Positions 36,132-48,616 of a stretch of DNA of 64,000 bases are shown here, piece by piece. Every line of letters begins with the position of its first letter. Position 1 is the stretch's first letter. The notes beneath the pieces are model-generated. The model had not been told where the DNA came from. It made no database searches and was given only the letters and a program-made list of their open reading frames with translations. The stretch spans positions 1,364,001 to 1,428,000 of the forward strand of contig OZ287075.1 of assembly GCA_965645245.1 (NCBI GenBank), given 5' to 3'. The stretch is from Massalongia carnosa. Its lineage: Eukaryota. The position numbers were made by a program, and so were the translations under genes.

Positions 36132-37434
36132 TCTTCAATTCGTTTTCTCCACCAAGCAAAGAAAGTCGAAAAATCCATCACCCCCACAGTTATACTTGTC
36201 AAATTTCAGGTCAACAGTTTTCGTTTTCTTTTCTCGCATTCAGCGCCATTATCAGCATTTCTGGGGCTTTGGGGATACACATTCATCGGTGGCGTTAAGC
36301 TTCTTGGCTTTTTTCCGTTCTATTTTACGCGGATGGGTGGGTTTATCTGACTTGGGGCTAAAGGAAGGAGGGGGGAGAAGAGGCTTGGCTTGGCATGTGT
36401 TTCCGGAGACGGTTTGTACCCCAAATTCTATGTGTATCGGTGGCGGTTGGTGACTCTAGTTTTACATCGTCTTTATTAAACCTCCCCTCTATTAGTCAAC
36501 GACTATTGATTGGCTAGGAGACCCTAATTATAGAGAGCGTTATTGTCGTCTTCTTTATTAATCCGGCTTTCTGGAAATTCATGCTGGTGAGATTTTGGGG
36601 TGGAGCGATTTGAGGGTTAATTATGGAGGATGTTGGGGAGAGGAGTAAGACTTATGCGCAGGTTGGCATATCTTCTCCTCCTCTTCCTAAATGGAACGCT
36701 CTCTTGAGCAGGAAGACGTAGGTCTCATATCAAACCTAGTTCCTTCAAGATTTCGATTTTATGATGCCGGTTCAAGATGTTCCACGCACTCACCAAAAGC
36801 TCCTGTTCTCCAATCTTTTTTCCTTAAATCTCCCCGCCAGCAAATACTTAGCTTTCCCCCATCACCTTGCTCCTTCTGCTACATCCCCTCCGTTTGCCTA
36901 TGAACCGAACCCTTCCTTGCCATATCCTTTCTCTAAGCCGCATCAAACAATACAATTTTCCCCGACTATATCCATTCCCTATCCAATACAGCAACTACCA
37001 AGTCCTAAATAAGGCCAGATTAAGAATTATTTCATTTCGTCCCCCTCTATGTTCCGTTCTCCCTCATTACCATGTTATAGTCGGCTTCTTGATAGATATC
37101 CTATTGAACCTTGAAAAGGAGTTGGACGCATTGTGGTGGATATCCATCGCCTCTATCTAAGGACATGCAATAAGTTTGGTACGAACTAAAGGGTTGTACC
37201 GTTAGATAGTAGGATGATATGAAGTAAAAATTCGTGCGGGATTTGGATAGATTCGTTGCACTCTGATCCGCCTACAAGTAGGGCACTTTTTGAAGTTGTT
37301 ATGTATACTCTGTAGTCAGCCGCTATCCGAGCCAGGGCTAATAATTATCCTGAAGGAGATGTGCAGTGACTAATGAATCTTTACAATCATGCCTTTCCAT
37401 CAAGGAGATGAATAAGAGCAAAAATAGTGAAAGT

Positions 37435-37518
37435 CTCCCCCGGGTGGGCTCGAACCACCAACCTCAAGATCGCTTATATTTAACAGTCTCACGCGCTAAC
37501 CAATTGTGCCACAGGGGA
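37435..37518 (-). tRNA. tRNA-Asn (GTT) with 10-nt intron (37471-37480)
   Basis: Minus strand TCCCCTG TGGCACAATTGGTTAGCGCG TGAGA CT GTT A [AATATAAGCG] A TCTTG AGGTT GGTGG TTCGAGC CCACC CGGGGGA G. The acceptor, anticodon and T arms pair, and the intron is at the canonical 37/38 position. Confidence 0.95.
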
Positions 37519-38941
37519 CTTTGAATGGAGATTTAGAAAAGATATAATGTATTTACTGTAATATTTAAGTCTCTAGTAGTTTGAACATATTTTCGATCGA
37601 CGCTAGTTTTAAGATAAGTTATGCCATGTAGATCACATGATTACAAGGATCATGTGGATATTATGAGGTAGGGATCATTCTCTCTGATTATGAAATATAC
37701 ATCGTTGCACACCATATGTGATCACGGGGATTCGCGTCAATCTTCTTTGTTAGCGTAATAATCTTTAACATCTTCAACCTATCTCTCGTATTTCATCATC
37801 AGCAGAAACCAAGCAATGTAAGCTTTTTTTACCATTCTACTCCGAATATGACATCTAACATGCTCAGTTCCGTACTCAATGCAGAATCCGCAACCGAGCT
37901 CCACGAGATACCTCAATGCTAATCCTAGCTTGAAGCTCAATGACTGAGAGTATGAACAGAAATCTTAGAGTATTCATCGGACGATGATAATCGGAGATAT
38001 GCTTGCACTTCTTGCATGCTAGCCTGCTTTCGCAAACTCCCCTGGGGCGTGGAGAAGTTGGTGGATTACGGTTTTGTTTCTTACACCCACCTTCTTATGT
38101 TAACATAGCGATGTGCTTTGCGAGTGAAGGGGAGACGTGTTAGTAAGCTCTCATGACGAGATTTCATCTTCTTTCTCGGAGGCTATGGCTTACGTTCATC
38201 CTTCTACGCTTTTAATTGGGGGGTTGGAGCAAGGAAGGAGAGGCGTGGAGGTCGGCCGATGATGAGGTTAAGTACATGTATAGTTTTCAATCGGAGAAGG
38301 GCTCTATTTACTGCTCCGTAAGTCCTTTACTGTCTCTGGTTTTAGTCAGAGCAAGCCTGCTGCCTGTCCCTGAAAATCCCCTACTTACCAGGTTGTGTCA
38401 TAGGTCGACCTAGATCCTCAAACCATCGTTGGAACTGTGGAGGGTGCGAAGCCTCTTCCTCTTCTTTCAGCTTGGAGGCTTTTTGTTGAGAAAGTAGAGG
38501 AGCCTATTGGTTCTGAGGACGAATGTATGGGTTCTAGACCCGGCTCGGTGATGAAAGATTTGTGTCAAAAGCCAAAGTTGTAAGGCAGCCTGCTGGACTC
38601 CCTGGGGTTCTTGTTCTCGAAAGAGTCGAGGCTGCAGGAAGAAGGTAAGGTTGTCAATGAGAACTTGAGAGCTAATCTGAGAGCCTGGGTTGGAAGGGAA
38701 GCTATGGAAGCTCGTTTTGTGCTGCTTGTGCGCATATGTATCTCCTAAAAATGGATACAACTACAAAGTTTCCGATTTTTCTATTGTTCCCATCATGTAA
38801 ATGAGAAACGCAAATTAAAACATTTACCTGCATTGATTGTTTCCAAACACTAGCCAACCTGTCAACACACGAAGGTTTCCTGAATCTTGACCTGTCACCC
38901 AATTCCAAACTTCCAAGAAACTCCCAAAACCCCACCCATCG

Positions 38942-39819
38942 CTACGTCGTTACCCCCTGTAAATACCATGCCATCACCTTCCTAAATATGCTCTTCCCCT
39001 CAGTCTCAATCACATCCCCATGGCAAGGAATAATCCGATCAAAATCCCAACCCACAATTGTGCGACAGCTTTTTGCAAACCCCCCCCGATCGCTCGAACC
39101 CGCCACGTACCAAACGAACCGCTGTTGCCACTTTGCCGCGCCCACCGTGTTCTGAAATCCGATGAAGAGCTTTGTCAGCAAGCCTGCGGTGGCCGACTCG
39201 CCCGTTCTCGAATACTGTTCATGCGCGGGGAGATTGAAGACTAGATCTGCCTGGATAAGGGTCCGCTCAGGCTTGTAGCAGAACACGAGCTCCTTGTTCG
39301 CATGGCTGCCGACATACTCGTAGTCGAACTCGGCGTCGAAAGCCGGATCGACGTGCTGGCTATCCTTATTCTTCATCGTGAAGACATGTGCAAACGGCGT
39401 ACCCGCCGTCGCCGGATTTAGCTCACGCTTCTCAGGCAGGCCCTCGACGCCAAGGACTTTCGCGGTGGGGAAGGCCTTTGACCAGTCGGATAGGTAGATG
39501 TGGTGCTCGTAGTCTAACGCCGCGATGTACGATACATTGTCTCCGAGATCTTTCACCGTCGAGCGCACTTCGGGGGTGAGCGCTATGGGGGAGAAGACAG
39601 CGATGGCGCCGGATTGGAGGCGCACTGCAGCCAAGGTTGGTTAGCATGGGGGAATAAAGTAGTGGAGGGTATAATTGCTGGCGAACCGATGGTGCCTCGC
39701 CCTCCAACCTTGAATCTGCCAAACCGCGCGAATGGAGCGGAGCAGGTGGTGATGTTGGGGGTGACCTTGCGGATCACCATCACCTTGGACAGGTCTGCTG
39801 GGATGAGCTTAGAGGTCAT
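38942..39819 (-). CDS. DUF4336-type / metallo-beta-lactamase-fold protein; 1 intron 39625-39686
   Basis: CSAPFARFGRFKVGGRGTI|VRLQSGAIAVFSP, ALDYEHHIYL, ELVFCYKPERTLIQADLVFN and WDFDRIIPCHGDVI. Confidence 0.85.
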
Positions 39820-40257
39820 GGTGAGTGGAGATGTCTGTTGATGCCTAGAGTTCTTTCTGTGGGATCTGGAGCACCGGGTGCAAGGTGAAATATTTATTGT
39901 GCTTGACGATTATTGCTGAACAACGGTCTAAATAGAGAAGCGCCAGCTTTCACCTGTACAGTTACCATGCTCACTCAGTAATCAACACTCTAAGTCTCCA
40001 GAGACCGTATCATAGAAAGCTAACAACGATCTTTAGGCTAAGGTGGGGGTTACTACTGTATGTACAGAGCTGCAGCTGCAGTGTGGGTCATCGCAAACCA
40101 TCAGTTGAGGAAATTTCTTGGCTTGGCCATCAATACAAAAGGAGAACCTGTCTCTTCCAACGTCTCACTAACACCACAAGCCAAAATATTCGATTGCTAG
40201 CAATCATCATGTACTCTATCCGCTTCTAACCGACCTCCCCATCTGCCCCGCCAACCA

Positions 40258-41277
40258 ATGGCCCCCTCACCCCCATCCCTCGAAGCCCTCGCCCGCAGTT
40301 TATCCCACCACCTTCCCAACAAACAAGAACAGACCCCTCGCCGTGTACGCGCCATTTACGATACTCTCTTTCTCTTCGACACCATTTCCGCTGTGTACGT
40401 TTGGGAGCACCCATATTACCCGCAATATTATGTTCCTGCCTCGGAGTTTTCCGCTGGCTTGTTGATAAAGCGGGATGCGGTGGAAGGGACGGATAATGGA
40501 GTATTCTGGGCAACAGTGAAAGGTCGGAAGAAGGAGACAGACAGGGTGTTGTGGTTTGAACATGGCTCGTTGAAGGGTTTGATCCGGGTGGAGTTTGGAG
40601 CTGTGGGTTTGTATTCCCTGGGGGTTCTTTTCTCCATGACACCAGAGTGGAAAAGGGGCGTTTTGGGGAGGCCGAGATTTGGGCAGAGAACTTACATCCG
40701 CCGTTTGATATAGATCAATGGTTTGAAGAAGACCAGCCCATTTACGTACATCCGAAAGACCCCTATAAGCGCGTCGATGTGCTGCCCTCAGCGCGGAAGA
40801 TTACGGTCAAAGTCGACGGTGTGGTTGTAGCGGAAAGTTCGAATAATATGTTTTTGTTCGAAACGGGCCTAAGACCGAGATATTACCTGCCTAAGACTTC
40901 GGTAAGAGAAGCTTTTAGGAATCTTGTTTTCTTGAATGTAGTTGAGAAAGGATTGACTAACACTGTGTGTTACCTTTGCATGTATAGGTCCAATGGCAAT
41001 ATCTTATAGAAAGTTCAACGATAACCAAGTGCCCGTACAAGGGAGAAGCATACTGTAGGTGCCCGTTTTCGGTGGATCTTACACATTGATGCTCAAATGA
41101 AGGTTTTCTGACATAATTGGCGGACAAGATTATCACGTCTTTGTTAACGGAACGAAACACGAAGATTTAATTTGGTGGTATCCACATACCACAGCCGAGT
41201 CTGGTCTTGTTGCAGGAATGGTGTGTTTCTACAATGAGAAAGTGGAAATTTACATTGATGGAGTAAAAGAAAAGTAG
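40258..41277 (+). CDS. Tandem DUF427 (NTP_transf_9/YunG-like) protein; 3 introns
   Basis: VWEHPYYPQYYVP, DQWFEEDQPIYVHPKDPYKRVDVLPS, FETGLRPRYYLP, TKCPYKGEAY, WWYPHTT and GMVCFYNEKVEIYIDG. Confidence 0.9.
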
Positions 41278-41784
41278 AACGAAGAAGAAAAGAGACATCG
41301 CAGCACAACTTGTACAATTAAGTTGACCCGGAATATTCACAGCTTTTTCCTATGATGCTGCTGTCCCTGAGAAAGCAATGGATGAGCAAACCCAATATTA
41401 CTTCAAAGCAAAGACGTATTGGCTCAAGATCTTGAATCACTGAGAAGTGCCCGCAAAACCATCTGATTAGAACTAACATGTAATCGAGACAAGATGATCT
41501 TACATTGTAGGTCGTTCAACGTTCGCTAAATCATTGTACTCCGTACGGAGTAATTTCTGTGCTTTCATGCAAAGTCTCCAGAAGCGAGGGGAAGAACTGG
41601 CGCTGACTGGGTTTGATGATTAACATCATCCTGGGGTTGTAGAGTAACATTGCACAAGAGCCAGAGAGGTATCTTCGGATTGCCCGCTGAGCGGTTTCCC
41701 CACTTCGATCTTGTGCATGAGATCTGATCAACAGAACAGAGTTTCCCACGGTGGGGGATCAGAATCGTGTTCCGTGAATTAGTA

Positions 41785-43927
41785 TCCCTTCGTCTGGCAA
41801 TTTGGCAGCCATTTAGGTAATATTCAATTTTACACGCGCCGTCTCCGGGTAATGACTAATAACTTTAATCTGGCCAATCAGATTTTCCCTTTTCAACGAT
41901 AATGGGTACAACACCACAATCACCCCTCATGATCTATGTAAAATTTCCCAACATGCCTCCTTTTTGCAACATGGTCCACAGCTCTTACATTGCCATCTGG
42001 TCTGACTTGCACGTCGTCTTTTGGTGCAATTTTCATCAATTTCCGCAAGTGGTCGGCGTCGTTTTGAGTCTTGGCACTTGCCTTTTGCAGGCCAAACAAT
42101 AGTCCTTCTTATTCAAATGCTCCCATTTGCAAGTTGACTCGACGTCTTTATTAACGTCTTGATTAGTAGTAACTATGACATCTGTCGGACGTTTCCGTAG
42201 GGCACCGGCTTGATTGGATAGTAGGGCATTTACTATTTCTTTTTGAAAGTCCAAATGGCTGAGTGTTGAATTCGGATACAGAATTCTCCACAATTTGAAG
42301 GCATTTAGAACGGCTGCATCCAGAAGAAAGATGAAAATTGACCACCAGTAGCGACGATCAGATCTTTGAGGTGAATAATATGCTCTTTGCTGAGCATTCC
42401 CATCTGACCCGCCCATGTGCTGGTTATATTCCACGATGGGCATGGGAAATGGAAGCTTTTCTTCTTCATCATCAACGATGACTCTGGAATTTGCAGGAAT
42501 TCCATGACGTCGACGGGAATTCTTGTAGAAAGAAGTCTTCAAATCCTCAATTGTATGAACCGTGGTCATAAATTGCACGGTGTTTAAATCCACCCATGCC
42601 ATACACAGAATGTCCCCGTCATCAATGTTTGGTTTTTTACTTTTATTTTCAGGTACCGTCATCAATGCCTTCTTTCCCCAGTCCTTATTCTTGGTGGCTG
42701 CAACCCTCAGACGTAGAAGATCAACAGGAAAACCGCATCCTGATTTAGCCGTCCCACAGGCACCAATTCCAATGGTTTTCAGAGCTTTGAATAGCTTCGT
42801 ATTTGTGAAGAAGTTGTCCAGAAAGATGACGTATTTCAAGCCTTCATCAGACGGTAAACTTCGAGCCAGTTGAATGACGACTAGGGAGGAAGGAGACAAA
42901 TCCCATTTGGTTGTCGGAAATTTCAATTGTCCAGGCGTTTTTAACTCACTAATTTTGGACACCTGTCTTGCAATTAGTACGATGAAAATTGAGGCCTTTT
43001 CTACTCACCTTGGAGGTAAATAAGAAGTCAAAAAGATAATTTTCCTGACATAAACTATAGATTTTGAAGCCTACACCAGCCGCCTTGGTGGCTATTTGCA
43101 TAGTATGGCAGCTCCTACCCCTGAATAAAATCAATTGCTCGTCAACTGATACATGACTTCCAGGAATCCAGTATTTCTTTGATGCTTTTCGAAAGTCTGT
43201 GGCCAATGGTTCCAGCTTTTTCCACCAATCAGGGCCTCGAGTATCAATGATCTCATCTTCGTCGGGGTTGGATATCTTCAAAAATCGCTTGAGTTGCTCC
43301 CATCTTCGAAGACTCATGGCTTGAATCACCATGTCATGTATGGCAAATTTAGGAGACGTGTTCCAATAGTCAGTAAGACGTGGCATCAGTGTATACCCCA
43401 TATATAACAGAATTCCCAGAAAAGCTCCTACTTCAGAAGAAGAGGTGTCATGCCATTGACGTCTCTTGATGTCGTTTAGGGCATACTTCTTTTTCGCTTT
43501 AAGATTGGTGTTTTTAGCTATGATTTCAAGCATTTCAAGCTAAAGAAGAGGCAGAATAAACTGAAAGGAGTCTGATTTATCAAGCGCAACGTCTCGTCCG
43601 GCTGTGGTTTTCGAAATGGGATCGAAATTGGACAATAATTTGATGACGGAGGGGCATGGAGTCAATTATGCTTTGTACGCTGGGTTTATTCTTTTTGGCC
43701 TGTTCTTTCAGAATTGAGGGGGGCAAAGCGTCTGATTGGTCAGGAACTTCTATCTCAATGCCTCTCATGATTATTCTAAAGAAATTGTAGATGTTTTAAT
43801 GATTTTCAACTGATGTTTACCTTCTTATTTACAAAAAAAGGGGAGAATGTTTTGAAGTTCGCGACTCAGCCCTACGGTATCTCACTAAGCCTATTTAAGG
43901 TGGCTGCCAAATTGCCAGACGAAGGGA
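41785..43927 (-). mobile_element. piggyBac-like DNA transposon (2143 bp), defective, non-TTAA flanks
   Basis: Perfect 27-bp TIRs TCCCTTCGTCTGGCAATTTGGCAGCCA at 41785-41811 and the reverse complement at 43901-43927. Flanked by TA at 41783-41784 and 43928-43929. Encodes a piggyBac-type transposase. Confidence 0.93.
41927..43768 (-). pseudogene. piggyBac-family (DDE_Tnp_1_7-like) transposase with a 46-nt intron (42963-43008) and 3 frameshifts
   Basis: Catalytic-type motifs VSVDEQLILFRGR, FLDNFFT and YNQHMGGSDGNAQ, plus WWSIFIFLLDAAVLNAF and a Cys-rich tail (CLAC...TRWQCKSCGPCCKKEACWEILH). Frameshifts near 43655, 43540 and 42062. The intron GTGAGT..TACTAAT..CAG fuses ORFs 42949-43533 and 42036-42962 in frame. 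Confidence 0.9.
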
Positions 43928-44106
43928 TAGCTACTAATTGATTGTGCTAAACCACTTTCGGAATGGAAGGGCATCCCTTACCTTCCATTCCGAAAATGGT
44001 TTAGCACGATTACTCTGTATTCATTGCTGTAACCCTGTAGGGCTGAGCGGCCGAGCCCGTTATATTCTTTGCGGAAATTCATCAAACCGCCCAACTTCTC
44101 CGCGGC

Positions 44107-45717
44107 ATGCTCGTCGCAAAAACGGCTGCTGTTACCTTCTGGAGAGTATCAAGACACCTCCACAATGCTGCTCCGCTGATCAAGACAACTAAAGGAAATA
44201 ACCACTTGCCTCCATTTTGGTCCACCCACCTTCCATTAGCTCCTCCTTATCACGGTTTGCATGGAGGGATTCCACGAAAAGTTCAAAGTAGCATAGTAAA
44301 CCTTCGTGGTAAGGCTCTTACAGAGTCCGCCGACTCCACAAACCCAGCTCTCTCATTCCCCTGCCTGGATGCACAGGAGGAGAGAACAGCAACACTCTCG
44401 GCTCGCTCTTTGTCGTCCGGCCCCGAGCCTTCGTACACAACAGGGAAACACTTGAACTGGCACTCTCGAGAGCCACTCTTGCTGGATTGGGGTGGTGTAC
44501 TCCCGGAGTTTGATATTGCATACGAGGCTTGGGGATCTCTAAATAAAAGCAAGAGCAACGCCATTCTTTTGCACACAGGACTATCGGCCTCGAGCCATGC
44601 GCACAGCACAGACACCAACCTTAAGCCAGGGTGGTGGGAACTTTTTATAGGCCCTAGAGCTCCACTTGATACCGAAAAATACTACATTATCTGTACCAAC
44701 GTCATCGGAGGTTGCTATGGCAGCACTGGACCTAGCTCGGTCGATCCGGCGAATAAACAAAGATATGCGACTAGATTTCCAATTGTAACGATGGAGGATA
44801 TGGTGCGTGCACAGTTTAGGTTACTCGATTCATTTGGGATTCAGAAGCTATACGCAAGCGTTGGCTCCAGCATGGGAGGAATGCAGAGTCTGGCTGCGGG
44901 TGCTCTTTTTCCAGAAAGAGTTCGCAAAGTCGTCAGTATAAGCGGATGTGCTCGCAGCCACCCATACAGCATTGCCATGCGACATACGCAGCGTCAAGTG
45001 CTCATGATGGACCCTAACTGGGCCCGTGGCTTCTATTATGATGGGATTCCGCCACATTCCGGGATGAAGCTAGCTCGAGAGATCGCTACGGTAACGTACC
45101 GAAGTGGACCAGAATGGGAGCAACGCTTTGGTCGCCGGCGAGCTGATCCCAGCAAGCCGCCAGCGCTGTGTCCCGACTTTCTGATTGAGACTTATCTGGA
45201 CCATGCGGGGGAGAAGTTCTGCCTTGAATATGATGCCAACAGCCTTCTCTACGTCTCCAAGGCAATGGATCTTTTTGATTTAGGCCGAAAGCACCAGACG
45301 GAGATGTCACGGCTACGGCAGCTGAATCAACAGAAAATCTCTTCTGGAAAAGGACGAGCGTCAAGCGATCAGTCTTGCAACCTGACGCTGCCAGACATTC
45401 CTTACACCGAGCAGGCATCGGATTCCCCTTCTCCGCCATCGTCTAGCCTTGTGACTCCCAGTTCCACTCATCCGCCTGATGACCTCGTCGCTGGCTTTGC
45501 GCCGCTTCGTAATCACCAAACCCTAGTGATGGGAGTAGCCAGCGACATTCTTTTCCCAGCGTGGCAGCAACGGGAGATTGCTACAACGCTGCGAGCTGCT
45601 GGAAACCGGTCAGTCACACACGTCGAACTCGGAGAAGACACATCCTTGTTTGGGCATGATACATTCCTGCTGGATTTAAAGCACATTGGCGGGAATATTC
45701 GGAGTTTTTTAGGTTAG
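44107..45717 (+). CDS. cys2: Homoserine O-acetyltransferase-like serine O-acyl(succinyl/acetyl)transferase of cysteine biosynthesis (S. pombe Cys2 / A. nidulans CysA type); intronless
   Basis: [11 protein letters not shown] (Met2 has HALT), [14 protein letters not shown], nucleophile motif [25 protein letters not shown] and GHDTFLL. Basic mitochondrial-like presequence. Confidence 0.88.
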   Translation: MLVAKTAAVTFWRVSRHLHNAAPLIKTTKGNNHLPPFWSTHLPLAPPYHGLHGGIPRKVQSSIVNLRGKALTESADSTNPALSFPCLDAQEERTATLSARSLSSGPEPSYTTGKHLNWHSREPLLLDWGGVLPEFDIAYEAWGSLNKSKSNAILLHTGLSASSHAHSTDTNLKPGWWELFIGPRAPLDTEKYYIICTNVIGGCYGSTGPSSVDPANKQRYATRFPIVTMEDMVRAQFRLLDSFGIQKLYASVGSSMGGMQSLAAGALFPERVRKVVSISGCARSHPYSIAMRHTQRQVLMMDPNWARGFYYDGIPPHSGMKLAREIATVTYRSGPEWEQRFGRRRADPSKPPALCPDFLIETYLDHAGEKFCLEYDANSLLYVSKAMDLFDLGRKHQTEMSRLRQLNQQKISSGKGRASSDQSCNLTLPDIPYTEQASDSPSPPSSSLVTPSSTHPPDDLVAGFAPLRNHQTLVMGVASDILFPAWQQREIATTLRAAGNRSVTHVELGEDTSLFGHDTFLLDLKHIGGNIRSFLG

Positions 45718-47395
45718 GGGTTTAAGGTATTCTGTAGGTATCGCAAAGGGACATAATGATGGAGAACGAATTTCGGATATCGAGAGTCGGGTTGCTCCGG
45801 GTGGGAAATGAAGTGGTGATGTTGTGCCACGTTGAATGGTAGAAATCATAAAGGATTATGGTGCGGGGCATATTCAGCAAAGGAGATTACCGTACAACCC
45901 ACCGGCCCTGGGGGGTTGCGGAAAGTGAAAGTTTAAAACTCCCGGTGGCCGAGATGCGAAATGTAAAGTGTGGAGTGCGGTTTGGCCAGGTACGGGGTAC
46001 CGAACATGTACTTGGCATGGAATTAATTCTCTTCGCACGTCCAGTTTAAGCGCCCCCTACACCTAAAACATCATATAGGTTAGTAATCTAGGTACAAAGT
46101 ACTCCGTATTCAGGAGGTACTCGGTCAGTACTTGGTAGGTTAGGGGTGGAAAACAGGTACAGAGTGCTACACAGATATTTTGGAGTGCGTACCTGAGATG
46201 GCGGGTATGTTGCATTCGTGTCCTCTATCAGTGTGCTATCAAAGCGTGTGGTTTGCTAGTGATTCATGCAAGGCTTGCAGTATTTACGCATATAGAGAGT
46301 ATTCTGCACAAGGTACAAAGTGTCCTACCAAGTAACGTGCATGTGAGTTGAAATGCAAAGCTCATGATCGTGGATGAAAATAGAGATGAGATGCACAACG
46401 AGAAGCGTAGGAGAATGATCAGCGAACTTGCGTTTGTCTTTCGCATTGCTGAAAGCTTAGAGCATCGAGTTATCCTGGCGCCAATAGGTGTTTCAATTCA
46501 TCTATCTCATACACATCCACAACCCCGGGATAGATTGGCGTCCACGCCAACAGCGTTAAGCCACCCTAACATTATTCAAAGAATGCTAACCGTTCCCCTT
46601 TTCGCTATTTTGCCCGCTTACCGAGAATTTGGCACCGCCGATCAGTCCTGTTTGGGAGTTGCAGAAGGTATCTAGTTGTCGAAACGAGTAGATAGCTTAC
46701 ATCATGCCTGAAATATTCCCCCAATATATCAAGCCTTCAAATTCATTATGCAAGGCCGGATCGTGACAATCTTCCCAGCTTCCGCCGGATGGATTCCATA
46801 CATAGGGACTTGCCCCAAAGGTGCGGACTGAAAGGCTGGGTTCGGATCATCCCATTTTATCGACAGCTGTTCGCTTGCGTCAGCTTTTCCCCCCCAAAAA
46901 TATAGTGCGTAGGCATATACGAGTTCTATGTTGGTCCATCTAATATACCTTACACTCAGCTTAGTCTCTTCGTCGACCTTCTCGCTCGCCACCTTATGCC
47001 AGGCCTCTTTAACCCCCTTTTCCCCGCTGAATCTCGACCTTCTTTCCCAAAGATGTTGTTCCACGACGGTACCTTCTCATCCGTTCTTTCCCTGAGCTAG
47101 CTTCAGTGTCAACCTCCCCACGGTTGGACGTGTGAGTGAGAGAAGGCTGAATGAAAGGAACGCTACATGCTTCGCTTTGTGCCGTCGAATTTTACACGAG
47201 CACATTTAACCTGCTAATTCCTCCCTTCCGGAGCGGACGAAGAATCCCCTTCTGCAACTACTCCGCAAGGGGCAGATTTCCCTGCTCCAATTGAGGACGT
47301 GGCATCAAGCCACGACAGCTGGTTTCCATCCATCAAGCCAAAACTCATTGTCGTGTACACGTTCATTGCTTAGAAAACCCTACCTGTTTCTGGCA

Positions 47396-48616
47396 ATGCT
47401 CACCTTTCGAAAAGCTGCCATCTTGGCAGCATTTGTCCTAACCGTCGTCTACCTTCTCCACTCTCACTCCTCATCAACGATACTTCAAACAACCGTAGCG
47501 ACCCCTACGAAAGCCCCTAAACCCGTAGCTGATGTTTCTGCGAGCGGAAACCCGGCTGTGCGAGCAACCGGTGCGCCTCTCCAAGCATCAAGACCATACC
47601 CTCCACCTCGACAGAACATGCAATTATCAACACAACAGCCTTTAACAGAGATGTCGCCCAAATCATTACGCGAGCAACTCCAATACCAGTTCCCCTACGA
47701 TCGTGAGGGGAAATTCCCCGCGTACATCTGGCAAACATGGAAATATACTCCAGCCTCGGGCGACTTTGGTGATAACTTTAGACCTGCAGAAGCGAGTTGG
47801 ACGGAGAAACACCCTGGTTTCGTCCATGAGGTCGTGACGGACAAGGCCGCGGTCCTGCTGATGCGACACCTGTACGCGTCTGTGCCGGAAATTGTGGAGG
47901 CGTACATCGCTCTTCCTTTGCCGGTACTGAAGGCGGACTTTTTCCGCTATATTATTCTGCTTGCTCGAGGAGGTATATATACAGATATTGATACCACCGC
48001 CATAAAATCCACCACCGACTGGCTTCCTGAAGAGGTTTCGCGATCCACTATTGGCCTCGTCGTTGGCATTGAAGCAGATCCAAACCGTACTGACTGGCGG
48101 GACTGGTATTCTCGTCGGATTCAATTCTGCCAGTGGACCATTCAGGCCAAACCCGGTCATCCGGTCCTCCGAGATATCGTTGCAACCATCACAGAGGATA
48201 CCCTCCGTATGAAAAAGCTGGGCATACTGAAAAGTCAGAAGATTGATAAATCTATTGTCGAGTTCACTGGTCCGGCAGTCTGGACTGATGCCATTTTCAG
48301 CTACCTGAACAACCCTGCATATTACAAAATGGAGGACAAAACTGAGGGGAAAAACATTACCTGGGAAGCCTTTACGGGCATGGAGACTGCCAAAAAGGTG
48401 GGAGACGTGGTCGTTCTCCCGATTACGAGCTTCAGCCCAGGGGTACAACAGATGGGGTCAAAGGAGCCGGACGATCCAATGGCCTTTGTTAAGCATGATT
48501 TTGAAGGTAAGTAGATGAATGATTACCCAGAATCGTGAACTCATTTAACGTCTATAGGCACGTGGAAACCCGAGTCGGAGAGGATACATCCTGAGCGAGA
48601 GGAAAACAAGTCTTGA
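47396..48616 (+). CDS. OCH1: Initiation-specific alpha-1,6-mannosyltransferase (GT32); 1 intron ~48507-48558
   Basis: Type II TM anchor, then LQYQFPYD, FPAYIWQTWK, LKADFFRY, DxD motif GGIYTDIDT, VGIEADP, RRIQFCQWTIQAKPGHP, FTGPAVWTD, LPITSFSPG and KHDFEG|TWK. Confidence 0.93.

Noticed and set aside
47666..48448. 260-aa minus-strand ORF
   Set aside because: Lies wholly antisense to the conserved OCH1 catalytic domain; no independent motifs.
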